DNA of 64,000 bases from Hydrolagus colliei (GCA_035084275.1 JAYJKW010000046.1:1-64000), one strand, 5' to 3'. Positions 1 through 12,035 are shown, counted from the stretch's first letter. Numbers and translations are program-made. The notes: generated by a model from the letters alone, not told the origin.

Positions 1-44
1 TGGGGACGTCTGTGTGAGGAGCACAACTGGGGGCGACGGTTGAA
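1..44 (-). CDS. IGHM: Cluster A IgM CH2 exon, 5' part only (truncated by window start)
   Basis: Reads VQPSPPVVLLTQTSP, near-identical to cluster B CH2; TAGTAG acceptor at 45-50. Confidence 0.85.
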
Positions 45-522
45 CTACTACAACAACAAAATTAGATTTGTACAGATAGAGCCTTTCGTGTCTAGTAGAC
101 ATCCCAAGGAGCTGAACAGTTAGGTGGGGGGGAAAGTTAGGAAGGGGGAGAGTTAGGAGGGGAGGAGAGTTAGGAGGGCAGCAGAAGGCACGGTCGAAGA
201 GGAAGGTGTTGATACCGGCCTTGAAGGAGGAAAGGGAGGAAGCGAGTGGGAGGGTTTGCGGGACGGAGTTCCACGGCGTGGGGGGGGGGGGGGCAGAGAG
301 ACACAGAGAGAGGCTGAAAGCCCGGCCACCGATGGTAGGGCAGTTAGTGTCAGTGGAGGTGGAGCAGGCCAGAGACTGCTGAGCGGAGGGGACGGGCGGC
401 CAGATAGGGAGACAGCAGGTCGGAGAGATAAGCGGGGACAAGTCCGTGAATGTCCACACGAGGGCAACGTTGTCGTTGTTGTTGTCTGATCGCCTCTGTA
501 TCTTTGGAAACACAAAACTAAC

Positions 523-845
523 CTGGGAAACAGATGTCCCCGTCTAACCAGATGCTGCTTTTTAGATGCTGCTTTTGACCTGACAACAGAGATTGAAGAT
601 GTCCACCTGAGATGCCTCGATGGTCAGCTGGCTGCTGGCTGTGTAGAACCGGCCTTGCTTAGCACCGGGGGGTAACTCTTGACTTGGCCTTTGTTGGCGA
701 TGGGATGTCCTTTGGAGGTCCAGCTGAAAGTGGCCGGCTCGGGGGAGAAGTCGGCGGCCAGACACCCGAACGTGAGTTGGCCTTCGAGGGGGGGGCGATC
801 CGCAGGTGGGCAAGAGGGCGTAAAGACTGGGAGCTGTAGGGGTGG
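523..845 (-). pseudogene. IGHM: Cluster A IgM CH1 exon, frameshifted as assembled
   Basis: Near-identical to B CH1 (13582-13890) but has a 14-nt duplication (agatgctgcttttt), one A lost and one G gained in homopolymers; AG/GT boundaries intact. Confidence 0.75.
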
Positions 846-960
846 CTGGAAACGCGAAGAGAGCAAAGTTAGACCCCCCCAACCAGGTTTCCGCCTTGTC
901 CAATTGGGTCAGACGCCACAGATACACTGGACTAGACCTGCCACACTCGTAAATACACAC

Positions 961-1350
961 ACAGGAGTAGGCCATTCAGCCCCTCGAGCCTGCCCCGCCA
1001 TTCAATAAGATCACGGCTGATCTTCTAATCTAACTACCCCCACCCCCCGCCTTGTCCCCATGAACCCTTAATCATTTTATCCTCAAGAAATCTCACCAAT
1101 CTCGGTCTTGAATATGTCCAGGGACTGACTGAGCATCTACAGCCCTTTGGGTAGAGAATTCATTTTTTCATGTCCTCTTGAGTGAAGATGTTTTTCCTCA
1201 ACTCAGTGTGAAAAGGGCTGACCCTCATCTTCAGACTGTGACCCTCTAGTTATGGTTTCTCCAACAGGGGAGACAGTCTCCCACTGTCTACTGTGTCAAT
1301 GCCCCTTAATAATCTGATAGGTTTCTATAAGATCACCTCTGATTCTTCTA
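961..1350 (-). mobile_element. CR1-type LINE 3' fragment in J-CH1 intron (A)
   Basis: Minus strand resembles the CR1 ORF2 C-terminus (RGDLIETYQII..RGHSLK..FHTELRKNIFTQ) plus 3' UTR; degenerate. Confidence 0.75.
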
Positions 1351-1884
1351 ATCAGGTCTCACACTCAATCACAGCCTGAACCCTGACATCTCAAACGCAA
1401 ACTATTTCCGTCCAATAACACACAGGTTACTCAACACTCTCCTTCTCTCAGCCAGACGCTCTCTCTCCCTCTCTCTCTCTCTGTGTGTCCCTTTCTCTCG
1501 CTCTCGGTGACTGGCAGCCAGCTCACATTCTGTCCTTCCACGTCTCAACACGGAGCCTTCAATCTGGGTTTCGCCCACAAACGTACAGTCACTACACTTG
1601 ACAGTCTATTCTGTGAAGCGCTTTGAGACACAGTCGATCGGATGTGAAAAGCTGCCACGTCCAATGCAAGGATTGTTCTCATTACTAACACCTGGATCTC
1701 TTATACAGAGTTTACGCTGTGTGCTCGATTGAAATCAGATCTGTGTGTGTTTTCTCCGCCGATCAGTTGGTGTGAAACAGGAACCAGATGATTGTAGAGC
1801 AGCAACGGCCTCTAGTGTCTACTGTGCGCTGTGAGGAAGCCTCACTCAATTGCCGTGAAAATCAAATTGAAATTGAAATTCTGA

Positions 1885-2250
1885 GCTCCTGAAGCTCAGT
1901 GGTTAGAGACACTCACTCGCCTCGCAAGCGGGAGACCTGTGTTCGAATCCAGGCAGATCAGGTCAGGGCGAGACCTGGGGCCATATTTGCTTGTTCCACA
2001 CACACACCACACAGACACACACACACACACAAACACATATACACACACACACACCTATAGTCATCCCTCCAAAGAAAGCACAATAAGAAAAATTTTCAAT
2101 CCACGGCTGTGTGTGGGGGACGCTGCTGTGCGCAATTGGCTGCCGTGTTTCGCTCCCCCCACAAATATACAGTCACCTACACTTGACAGCCCTATTTTGT
2201 GAAGCGCTTTCAGACACAGTCCGATAAGATGTTGAAAATTATTATATTAT
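1885..2250 (+). mobile_element. tRNA-derived SINE with L2-like tail (representative copy)
   Basis: A-box AGCTCAGTGG (1893), B-box GTTCGAATCC (1941), internal (CA)n, tail GTGAAGCGCTTT(G)AGAC..(ATT)n; dozens of full or partial copies in the window. Confidence 0.8.
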
Positions 2251-2639
2251 TGTAATATCCGAGCAGTTTTAGTGACTGTATTTTCAATGACATCCCAGCA
2301 GTGTAAACCCACTTGACTCTCAGTCTCCCCCCCACCACCCCAGTCTCCCCCTCTCTCCCCCGGACGAGCCTCTTTCCTTCCTATTAAACAACCGATTGAA
2401 ATTCAGATTGGAACCGATCAGACAGCCTGCACTCGCTCATCCCACAACATTCAGGCCCTGATTCCGAACACGCGGCAAAAGTTTCAAACGTATTTATACA
2501 ATTCCCGACCCCATCGTACCCCCACAATCAGCAGCCGGCATCACCCACGATCAGACATCGCAGGAAGTCTGTCAGTGTGACTTCAGCTGTGCAGTCACTA
2601 ACCACCGAAAATATACCAGCAATAATACTAATAATATAA

Positions 2640-3200
2640 TTATAATGAAATAATTCATATAAATGTTAAATGTAACATGTGACATTTAAATTTAAAAAAG
2701 TAAATTTTTTAATTTTAAATTTAAAAATGAAAATTTTATATTTTAAATTAAAAATAATAATAATTAACAATTAACATTAATAATTGAAATAATTAATAAT
2801 TGAAATAATTATAATTAATAATTAATAATTAATAATTAATAATTAACAATTAACAATTAATAATTAATAATTAATAATTAATAATTAATAATTAATAATT
2901 AATAATTGATAATTAATAATTAATAATTAATAATAGACCATCGACAATCGACAATTGACAAGTAATAAGTAACAAGTAATGATTAATAATTAATAATTAA
3001 TAAGTAATAATTAATAACCTAAAATTTAAAATTTGAATTTTAAAATTAATATTAAAATTAAAAAATTGCATTTTTATAAATTTAAAATTGATTTACATTT
3101 TTAAAAAATGCTACATGCTACATGTTAAACGTTAAACGTTAAACTTCCAATTTTAAACTGTAACTTTAAATTGTGAACATTAAATATCAAACATTAAATA
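2640..3200. repeat. AT-rich low-complexity block with (TAATTAA)n, J-CH1 intron
   Basis: Almost pure A/T; counterparts at about 15710-16310, 28950-29230 and 48170-48430. Confidence 0.9.
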
Positions 3201-3457
3201 ATAATCATTGCATTTGATTGGCGCTTTTCACATTTTATCAACGTCTCAAAAGCTCTGCACAGAATACACTGAATTGACAATATAATTTTGTGGGAGAGAC
3301 GAACACCGCAGCCAATTGCGCACAGCAGCTTCCCACAATTAGCCGTGGATTGAAAATAACCAATTTTATTTCAGTGGGAATTTTTTTTTGGACGGATTAT
3401 TATTAAGTGAGTGAGTGAGCGCGTTCTTTCTTTCGCTCGTTCGCAATTGTTTCTTAC

Positions 3458-3506
3458 CGTCAGTCACTGTCAGCATCGTCCCTTGTCCCCAGTAGGTCAA
3501 GATAGT
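3458..3506 (-). CDS. IGHJ: Cluster A JH segment (TILTYWGQGTMLTVTD) with 23-RSS at 3507-3545
   Basis: WGQG motif, GTAAG donor, CACAGTG-23-ACAATAACT. Confidence 0.93.
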
Positions 3507-3943
3507 CACAGTGCCTCAGTCAGTGGTCTGCTCACTACAATAACTTGCTGTGAGGAAGGTCACACAAACAATCTGTTATTCAAATGGTAAATTCCCACAA
3601 AACAAAACGCAGGGAACCGTCTCTCTCTGTCATGTTCCCAACACCACCAACAACAACAAACGCACAAAACAATCTGCGTTCGCCTGTTGTTAATCGCCTG
3701 TGTCTTGCTGTGTTCCCGACAACAAAACAGCCCCCATTGCGATTGTCGCCCACGGATTTGAGATTCAAAATACGACGTTTCATGTGTTTTTAAGTCAAAT
3801 CGGCTGAAAATTCCTCAGTGGTGGGTCTCCTCATACACACGTCAACTCTCCGAGCGTTAATTGGGATCCTCACAAGCCGGCGGTGGGAGAGATTGAGTAG
3901 GTTTTGCTGTTGGAGGGTTTTTGTATTGACAGTTAACGTTGTG

Positions 3944-3953
3944 ACTCCAGCTA
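3944..3953 (-). other. Cluster A D2 segment TAGCTGGAGT, 12/12 RSS (3916-3981)
   Basis: GGTTTTTGT-12-CGTTGTG and CACAGTG-12-ACACAAACC flank 10 nt. Confidence 0.9.
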
Positions 3954-4253
3954 CACAGTGATACACACTGTGACACAAACCTCAGGCTCAGGCTGAACCC
4001 ACAAATACTGTCCTGGCCGTTTCCGACAACTCCCTCCCTCCACAGACTCTACACACACACGCGCCGATAACAATCCCTCCGAGAAAACACACACAATAAT
4101 AATAAAATGGGCCGTTTTCAACCCAACGTTGGCTGTGTGTGGGGGACGCTGCCGTGCGCCATCGGCCGCTGTGACTGTAGCTTTGAGGACAGTGGCTTGC
4201 GGAGTCTGTGGCTGAGGTTTTTGTATGAGGAAGTGGCTGTATGTAGCATTGTG

Positions 4254-4265
4254 ACCCACTGTATA
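4254..4265 (-). other. Cluster A D1 segment TATACAGTGGGT, 5' 12-RSS and 3' 22-RSS (4216-4293)
   Basis: GGTTTTTGT-22-CATTGTG and CACAGTG-12-ACAAATACT; classic shark D1 layout. Confidence 0.92.
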
Positions 4266-4929
4266 CACAGTGATACAGTCCCATACAAATACTGGCATCG
4301 GTCTCTGCTCTCTCTACACTGGCTGCCAAAAGTCACTGAAATGGGCTATTTTAATGCCGGACAGAGTCTCAGATGATAATAATAATAATGATAATAATTC
4401 TTCTATTTGATATCGTGACTTTTTCCATCTTCCAGACTGTGTCTCAAAGCGTTTCACAGGAAATACTGCAAAGTGAATTGACTGTGTGTTTGTGGGAGAG
4501 CGAAACGCTGCAGCGTCCCCCACACACAGCTAACTGTGGGTTGAAAATGTCTGTGTGTGTGGGTGGGGGTGGGGGGGGGGGGACGCAATCCAACCTCAGT
4601 CCTGAAGAACCACACAGTCACTTACCGGCTGAAATGGCGGGATATCGCAGCACAGACGCTCGTTCACTCAATCCACTCCTCACTCCCTCCTCACTCCCCT
4701 CCACCGAACCGCCGGTCACTGTCTCGGTTTGGGGAATGAGACGAGGAATCCATTCCAATTGGAAGCCCGTGTTTTCCCTCCGTCCTTCCTTTCTGTGCTG
4801 CAGACACAGTGTTGACACCATGACTTGACTTCCCCCCCAGTCAGTCAGTCAGTCAGTCAGTCGAGGGTGGGACCTCTCTTCGCTTGTGTGAGTATTTGTA
4901 GGAGGCCAGCCCAGGTTCCTCTCACTGTG

Positions 4930-5234
4930 ACTCTCTGGCACAGTAATATATGGCGGTGTCGTGAACTGTCGGACTGTTGATGGTCAGATCGAAGATGTTG
5001 TTGGAAGTGTCTTTTCTGACAGTGACACGGCTTTCAATGCCGGGGGCGTAATACTCGCTGCCTTGAGCTGTGATACCACAGGAGCCATTCCAAGCCTTTC
5101 CCAGGAACCTGCCTGACCAGCTCATCCAGGTGCTGCTGAGAGTGAACCCGCTGGTTTTACAGGTGAGTCTCACGGCCGTGCCAGGCTTCCCGGTTAGAGT
5201 CGCCGCTGTGTCAGCACCACAGCGCCCTGGACGC
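4930..5234 (-). pseudogene. IGHV: Cluster A VH exon, frameshifted as assembled; 23-RSS at 4891-4929
   Basis: [27 protein letters not shown]; three single-base indels versus B V (net -1), all in short homopolymers, so possibly sequencing error. Confidence 0.8.
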
Positions 5235-5414
5235 CTGCGAGAAACGAGAAAAACGGGACCGAGGTGTTAATTACGGCGAGAACCGAGATCCGTGGACGCG
5301 GAGACAGAGACGGAGACAGAAAGATAGAGGGACACACAGAGAGACAGAGAGAGACACACACGCCACAGACGCACGGACGCAAGCGAGACTAGGGTAGGAC
5401 GAACGCCGACTCAC

Positions 5415-5460
5415 ATGAGAAGAGAGCCAGCAAGAGGCTGAGAGATATCAGGGACCTCAT
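5415..5460 (-). CDS. IGHV: Cluster A VH leader exon ([15 protein letters not shown])
   Basis: 46-nt ATG exon with GTGAGT donor, hydrophobic signal peptide, phase matches V exon. Confidence 0.92.
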
Positions 5461-5568
5461 GGCTTCCAGACAAAGTATCAGAGTTTGACGCCTGTTGTTT
5501 GAGCCACAACAGCCAAGAGACAGAGAGCTGTCGGGTGGACAGATGGGGTCTGTTACACACTGAGCTGC

Positions 5569-5635
5569 TATTTAACCAGGGGGGACGAGGCCAGGTGTCC
5601 TGGGAATGGACCAATGAGGTATCAGGGCTGATTGG
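5569..5635 (-). promoter_or_regulatory. VH promoter: TATA-like TTAAATA, E-box CACCTG, two CCAAT boxes
   Basis: Motifs at 5569-5575, 5592-5597, 5611-5615 and 5631-5635, at the same positions upstream of all five leaders; function inferred. Confidence 0.6.
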
Positions 5636-5804
5636 CGAGGGAGGGCTGAGGGAGGGGGGAGAATGTGGGGGGAGGGAGGAGGAGGGCGGGGGGTGGGGAG
5701 AGTCCACACCTCACATTCCCTCTGACCCCCGCACTGATCATTATTTACCTTCTGCCTGGACGGCAGCAAAGTTGATTAATACGAGTGTCAATAGTGGGAG
5801 CTTT

Positions 5805-6088
5805 CTGTGGCTCGGTGGTTAGAGCACTCGCTCACTCACTCACTCGCTCTCTCTCTCGCTCGCTCGCTTGCCTTGCAAGCATGAGAGATCTGTGTGTTTC
5901 AAATCCAGCAGATCAGGTCAGGTCAGGGCGAAAGCTTGGGCAAGTTTCCCTACTCCACACAACACACACTCACACAGAGAGACACACCACATCCAGACAC
6001 ACACACCCAAATAATAATGCATCCAAAAACAAACCCACTACAATAAAAATAAAATAATAAAAATCAGTGATTTCAACCACTGTTGGCT

Positions 6089-6119
<31 letters not shown>

Positions 6120-6312
6120 TGGGGTGGGTGAGGGTGAGGGGGGACGCTGCTGTGTGCAATCGGCTGCCGATCGCGTTTCGGTCTCCCCATAAAATATATA
6201 TATACAGTCACTACACTTGACAGTCTATTCTGTGAAGCGCTTTGAGACGTGGATAAGAGGTGATGCGCCGCGATATCAAACGCGAGGATTATGAATATTA
6301 TTATTATTATTA
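5805..6312 (+). mobile_element. tRNA-derived SINE upstream of VH promoter
   Basis: GGCTCGGTGGTTAGAGC head, degenerate B-box, CA tract, L2-like tail ending (ATT)n; orthologous copy before every V. Confidence 0.75.
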
Positions 6313-6471
6313 CAAACCATACACTCAAACATACATACACTGTACACACAAATAAAACACATACACACAGACACACACACACACACGTGCACACACTCAC
6401 ACACACACAGCCGCGTGTGTCCGCCTCACAAGACCACTCCGGCTTTGATGGAACGTGAAGCGAAATTAAGC

Positions 6472-8464
6472 GGATTTAATTCAATTTAACTAATTTAACT
6501 TAATTTTTTCGCGAGTTTTAAACGGTAGAGACATAATAATAATAAATAATAATAATCCTGGCGTTTGGATATCGCGGCTTCTCACGTCTTTTCGACCGCG
6601 TCTCGAAGCGCTTCACAGGATGGACCGTCGAGTGTAGTGGACTGTGTGTATGTGTCTGGGGACCCCAAATCTGATGATGTGAGAAGGGCTCAGTTCCTTA
6701 TCCACAGGAAACACCTGCTCTCTCTGCCACTGAATTAGAGTCTCTGCCTCTTAATACTGACCTGACCTGAAAGCCGACCACTGGAGACTGGTTAAAAATA
6801 CTCCAACGAACAGCTCAAGCTTTCAACACACACACACACACACTCACACACACACTGACCCACACATACACTCGCACACATTCACACTCACTCACAGACA
6901 CACACACACTCACTCGCACACACACACACACTCATACACACACACACACTCACACATACACACACACACACACTCACGCGCATTCACATTCACTCACAGT
7001 CACACACACTCACACACACACACTCACACGCATTCACATTCACTCACAGACACACTCACACACTCACTCGCACACACAAATACGCACACACACACACGAC
7101 ACATACTCACACACACACACTCAACACACACTCACACACAAACCACACAAACACACACAAATACGCACACACACACACTCCACACATACTCACACACACA
7201 CACACACCACCACACACATTCACACACAAACTCCACACACACTCACACACAAATACGCACGCACACACTCTACACATACTCACACACACACACCGACACA
7301 CTCACACACTCAACACACTCACACACACACGCCGAATAATAATCCCTCCAAAAAAGAACCCCAATAATAAAAAATCTGTCATTGGAATCAGTGAGTGTGT
7401 GTGTGTGTGTGTGTGTGTGAGGGGGTGGGGGGGGTGTAAACGCTGCCATGCGCAATCGGCTGCCGCGTTTCTCTCTCCCACAAATATATCCATGTACACA
7501 CAGTCACTACACTTGACGGTCTATCCCGCGAAGCGCTTCGAAACGCCGTCGAGGAGACGCGAAAACAAAAACGCCGCTGTATCCAATGCCGGGATCGGTG
7601 ATTATTAACATTGATGTGATTATTAGATTTCTATATTATTCTGGGATTATTGTTTCTCTCTGGGCCTCGTCACCGATTCGAGAGACTCGCGAGTGGACGG
7701 GAGACCATCAGGGGGTGGCTGGCGGGGAGCAGGGGGTTGAGCGGCGGCCACGGCTTGTCACAGGACACAGCTGGGATTGACCCCCACCACCCCGCCACCA
7801 ATACGTGTGTGCGTATTTGTGTGTGTGTGTGTGTGTGGAGTTTGCGTGTAAATGTGTTTGTGTGTGGAGTGTGTGTGTGAAGTGTGTGTGTGAATATACG
7901 TGTGTGAGTGTGTGTGTGAATATACGTGTGTGAGTGTGTGTGTGTGGAGTTTGCGTGTGAGTGTGTGTTGATTGTGTGAGGTGTNNNNNNNNNNNNNNNN
8001 NNNNNNNNNNNNNNNNNNNNNNNNNNNNNNNNNNNNNNNNNNNNNNNNNNNNNNNNNNNNNNNNNNNNNNNNNNNNNNNNNNNNNNNNNNNNNNNNNNNN
8101 NNNNNNNNNNNNNNNNNNNNNNNNNNNNTGTTGGAGTATTTTTAACCAGTCTCCAGTGGTCGGCTTTCAGTTCAGGTCAGTATTAAGAGGCAGAGACTCT
8201 AATTCAGTGACAGAGAGAGCAGGTGTTTCCTGTGGATAAGGAACTGAGCCCTTCTCACATCATCAGATTTGGGTCCCCAGACACATACACACAGTCACTA
8301 CACTCGACGGTCTATCCTGTGAAGCGCTCGAGACACGTCGATCAGACGTGAGGAGCCGCGATATCCAAAACGCCAAGATTATTATTATTTATAATTATTA
8401 TTATGTCTCTACGGTTTAGAACTCGCGAAAAATTAAGTTAAATTAGTTAAATTGAATTAAATCC
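6472..8464. repeat. Intercluster spacer: about 335-bp inverted repeat arms (6472-6805 and 8129-8464) around CA/TG tracts and a SINE tail
   Basis: CTGGAGACTGGTTAAAAATACTCC versus GGAGTATTTTTAACCAGTCTCCAG, and onward; recurs at about 19450-21640, 32045-32950 (partial), 44085-45830 and from 62360. Confidence 0.85.
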
Positions 8465-8839
8465 TTGCATTTGATGTGTGTGTGTATGTCTTGTGTGTCT
8501 GCGTGTGTGTCTTGTGTGTGTGTGTGTCTGCATGTCTGTGTGTGTGTCTTGTGTGTGTGTCTGTGTGTGTGTGTGTCTTGTGTGTGTGTGTTTGTATGTC
8601 TGTGTATGTGTCTAACTGTGTGTGTGTGTGGAGTAAGGAAACTTGTCCCGAGGTCTCTCCTTGACCTGACCTGCCTGGATTCGAACCCAGGTCTCTCTCT
8701 CGCGGCTTGTAAGGCGAGCTAGTGCGTTGCTCTAACCCACTGAGCTGCGGAGCTCCCAGTCAGACGTCAAGACACCCACAGAACTCGAGGCTCGAGCAAC
8801 AGGAAAGAGAGGGAGTCAACAGTTCACTGAGTTCTATCG

Positions 8840-8845
8840 TTTATT
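8840..8845 (-). terminator. Membrane-form poly(A) signal, cluster B
   Basis: AATAAA about 210 nt after TM2 stop; equivalents at 22094, 34155 and 62048(+). Confidence 0.65.
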
Positions 8846-9058
8846 GAGAGTTCGAGTCCGACAAGCCGACAGTGTCTGTGGCGACAACAGGGGGGGGGGG
8901 GGGGGTGGGGGGGGGAGAGTAGGAAAGGGGGGGAGAGATAGGAGGGCAGCAGGAGGCACGGTCGATCAACACACACGCATATACATAGACACACATACAC
9001 ATATACACAGACAGACACACACACGCGAGGCTCGTCCGTGAAGCTGAGGTTAAGAGAC

Positions 9059-9067
9059 TCATTTCAC
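9059..9067 (-). CDS. IGHM: Cluster B TM2 exon (VK*)
   Basis: TTTTATTTTCAG|GTG AAA TGA. Confidence 0.9.
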   Translation of the reverse strand: MK

Positions 9068-9398
9068 CTGAAAATAAAAATGAAAGATACGATTAATAAT
9101 TCAGCCTTTATGGGTGTGTGTGTGTGTGTCTGTCTGTCTGTCTATATGTGCATGTGTCTGTCTGTCTATGTGTGTGTGTGTGTGTATGTGGAGTAAGGAA
9201 ACTTGCCCAGATTTCGCCCTGACCTGACCTGCCTGGTTCGAACCACAGGTCTCTCATTCACGCTTGTAAGGCGAGTGAGTTCACTTGTGAATGAGTTCAC
9301 TCACTCACGAGTGGGTGAGTGAGTGAGTGAGTGAGTTCATTCGTTCGTTCGTGAGTCAGTGAGTGAGTTCACTCGTGAGTGAGTTGCCGTCTCCTCAC

Positions 9399-9529
9399 CT
9401 TAATCAGAGTGACGGTGGCGCTGTAGAACATACTCAGGAAGAAGAGGATGATGAAGGTGGAAGCTGTAGGCCAGAGGTTGCCACTTTCATCTGATGAGAA
9501 ACCCTCCAGCGTCACCTCGGCTGAGGAAT
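9399..9529 (-). CDS. IGHM: Cluster B TM1 exon
   Basis: DSSAEVTLEGFSSDESGNLWPTASTFIILFFLSMFYSATVTLIK, IgM transmembrane motif; AG/GT boundaries. Confidence 0.95.
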
Positions 9530-9559
9530 CTGTGCGGATACAACCCGGAGATATATAAT

Positions 9560-10065
9560 AATATTAATATTAATAATAATAATCCTGGCGTTTGATGTCG
9601 CCGCTTCTCGCGTCTCACCGGCCGCGTCTCAAAGCGCTTCGCGGGATAGACTGTCAAGTGTAGTGACTCTGTGGATATCCGTGGGGAGAGCGAAACGCGA
9701 TCGGAAGCCGATTGCGCACGGCAGCATACCGCCCCCCCCCCCCCCACCCCCGCCCCACACACACACACACACAGCCAACAGTGGGTTGAAAATGACCGAT
9801 TTTTATTAAGAAGGGATTATTATTAGGTGTGTATGCGTGTGTGTCTGTGTGAGTGTGTCTGTGTGTGTCTATGTGTGTGTTTGTGGTGACTGTATGTGTG
9901 TGTGGTGACTGTATGTGTGTGTGTGTGTGTGGTAAGGCAACTTGCCCCAAGGTTTCCCCCTGACCTGACCTGCGTGGATTCGAACACAGGTCTCTCTCTC
10001 TCTCTCTCTCACACATTGTAAGAGCGAGCGAGCGAGTGAGTGTCTCTAACCCACTGAGCTACAGG
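9560..10065 (-). mobile_element. tRNA-derived SINE directly upstream of TM1 acceptor
   Basis: TAGCTCAGTGGGTTAGAG head, GTTCGAATCC B-box, tail ends about 30 nt before TM1. Confidence 0.75.
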
Positions 10066-10166
10066 AGCTCCCACACACTGATGTCCCCCCCGTGTGACAG
10101 TGTCCAGAGCTACACACAGTCACTCCTCTCACAATCCTGCGGACTCCACAAAGTCATTACACATGT

Positions 10167-10197
<31 letters not shown>

Positions 10198-10389
10198 GGG
10201 GAGGGGGGGCGGCTGGGGTGGGGGGTGGGGGGGTGATCAGACACTGTCCCTCACAGTCGGGGTGAAGTTTCGTATCTTAGGGAACAATGACCTGGAGTTT
10301 ATTGTCGAAAATCACTTCAGATTCACTTCAAATAAAACGCTGACTTTACTCTGTGTGTGTAACAGCGATGGAGGGAAAGGGGGAGAAGT

Positions 10390-10951
10390 GTGTGTCTGTG
10401 TGTGAGTGTGTGTGTGTGAGCTTGGGTAATGGTGAATGTGAGTGTGTAGGGTAGTGTGGGGGGGGGGGGGGTGGAGCTTCGGTGAATGTGAGTGTGTTTC
10501 GGTGTGTGTGTGGGCTGGGTGTGTGTGAGTATGTGTGTGTTTGTATGATTCAGTGTGTGTGTGAGTATGTGTGTGAGTGTGCATTTGTGAGCTGAATGGT
10601 TATGAATGTGTGCAGGTCTGGGTTATTCTGAGTAGGTGTGAGTGTATGTGTGAGTGTGTGTGTGTGTATGTGAGTGAGTGTGTGTGAGTGTATTAGTGTG
10701 AGTGTGAGTGAGTGTATGAGTGTGAGTGTGAGTGAGTGTATGAGTGGGTGCTGGGTGGCTATGTTTGTGTGTATCTGCGGGACTGGATTATTGTGAGTAG
10801 GTGAGTGTGACTGTGTGTGTGTCAGTGATTGGGTGTGGAACTGGGCTTTTGTGAATAGTTGTGAGTATGTGTGTGAGTGTGAGTGTGTGTGAGTGGGTCT
10901 GGGTTTTTGTCGGAAGATGTGAATGTGTGTGTGTGTGAGCTGGTTAATTAT

Positions 10952-10982
<31 letters not shown>

Positions 10983-10985
10983 CAT
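10390..10985. repeat. Imperfect (TG)n/(TGAG)n tract, CH4-TM1 intron
   Basis: Visible dinucleotide tract; similar tracts at 6820-7330, 19800-20310, 20790-21290, 23700-24300, 36000-37100, 53450-54300, 59360-60430 and 62670-63870. Confidence 0.9.
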
Positions 10986-11174
10986 GTTTCGCTCCCCCAC
11001 GGATATATGTACAGTCACTACACTTTACAGCCTATTCTGTGAAGCGCTTTGAGACACAGTCTAGAAGACGTGAAAAGCCGCGATATCAAACGCCGGGATT
11101 ATTATTATTATTATTACTAATTAAATGAAACCTTCCCCTCTGGGACCTTGACTCGTTACTGACAATAAAGATTT

Positions 11175-11180
11175 TTTATT
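11175..11180 (-). terminator. Secretory-form poly(A) signal, cluster B
   Basis: AATAAA about 200 nt after tailpiece stop; equivalents at 24495, 37342, 53222(+) and 59170(+). Confidence 0.7.
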
Positions 11181-11375
11181 GGATTTACTTTCTTTCCATG
11201 ACTTCAAATTGGACAAGGTACTGGCAGGGTAGGGTAGGGTTGAGAAGAGTAGGGTAGGGGAGGGTAGGATAGGGCAGGGTAGGTACGGGAGGGGAGGGGA
11301 GGGGAGAGTAGGGGAGGGGAGGAGAGGGGAAGGTGCAACAAAAGGAAGAGCGAAATTGGTAAGGCGAGTTGGGAC

Positions 11376-11770
11376 TCATTGACAAGTCTTGACTGTGTCC
11401 ACCAGGACGAGGGAAACGTTTACGAAAGTGGGTTTACCGCTGGTCTTGTTGACGTATCTGGTCAGGGTCTTGGACGAGTTGAAGGATCGGTGCCCCACCA
11501 CACAGGAGTAGGTGTTCCCTTTGTCCCAGTCTCCGGCCGAGACGGACAACATACTGTACATGGAGTAGTTGTGACTTGTGTTGGCTGCCATGGCCTCGGT
11601 GTTGGTGTATTGACTGGCATCGATCGCCTGGTCGTTGACTGCCCACTCCACGAAGATCTCTTTGGGAGCGAATTCCTTCACCAGGCATGTGAGGGTGACC
11701 CACTGATGGGCGGACAGTTCTTCAGGCGACGGGAGTAGGAGATACACTGAAGGCCTATTGGTGTCCTGGT
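11376..11770 (-). CDS. IGHM: Cluster B CH4 plus secretory tailpiece (type 1)
   Basis: PSVYLLLPS..VTLTCLVKEFAP..YSCVVGH..SGKPTFVNVSLVLVDTVKTCQ*; internal G|GTAAA donor at 11437 for TM splicing. Confidence 0.96.
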
Positions 11771-12035
11771 CTGTTGGAAGGAATACAGTCCATATCATCA
11801 ACGACAACAGGAACAGGAACATGAACTTGACACTTGTACAGACAGAGCCTTTCACGTCATGGATGTAGGGTGGAGGCGAGGTTGTGGAGGGCTTTGGGGG
11901 TGTGGGAGGCTGGAGGGAAGGGAAGGGAGGGGATTAGGAGTTGGAGGCGTAGGCGTAGGACTTCCATCGATTGAGAATGTGGGGGGGTGGGGGCACTGAA
12001 TGGCCGAAGGCTCGCTCTTCTGCCAATGGTGGGAC

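Noticed and set aside
1885-1960. tRNA genes suggested by A/B boxes
   Set aside because: No cloverleaf or anticodon arm; they continue into CA tracts and L2-like tails, so they are SINE heads
2800-2930. CRISPR-like or satellite array
   Set aside because: Simple TAATTAA tandem with no spacers; vertebrate DNA
3966-3972. Inverted heptamer inside the D2 5' RSS spacer as an extra RSS
   Set aside because: No convincing nonamer at 12 or 23 nt
4805-4811. CACAGTG in V-D1 interval as a third D segment (recurs in B, C and D)
   Set aside because: No nonamer and no partner RSS
11379-11738. Antisense or alternative-frame ORFs over Ig exons (also 679, 12872, 24676, 38410, 51697 and others)
   Set aside because: By-products of GC-rich exons; no start context or independent motifs
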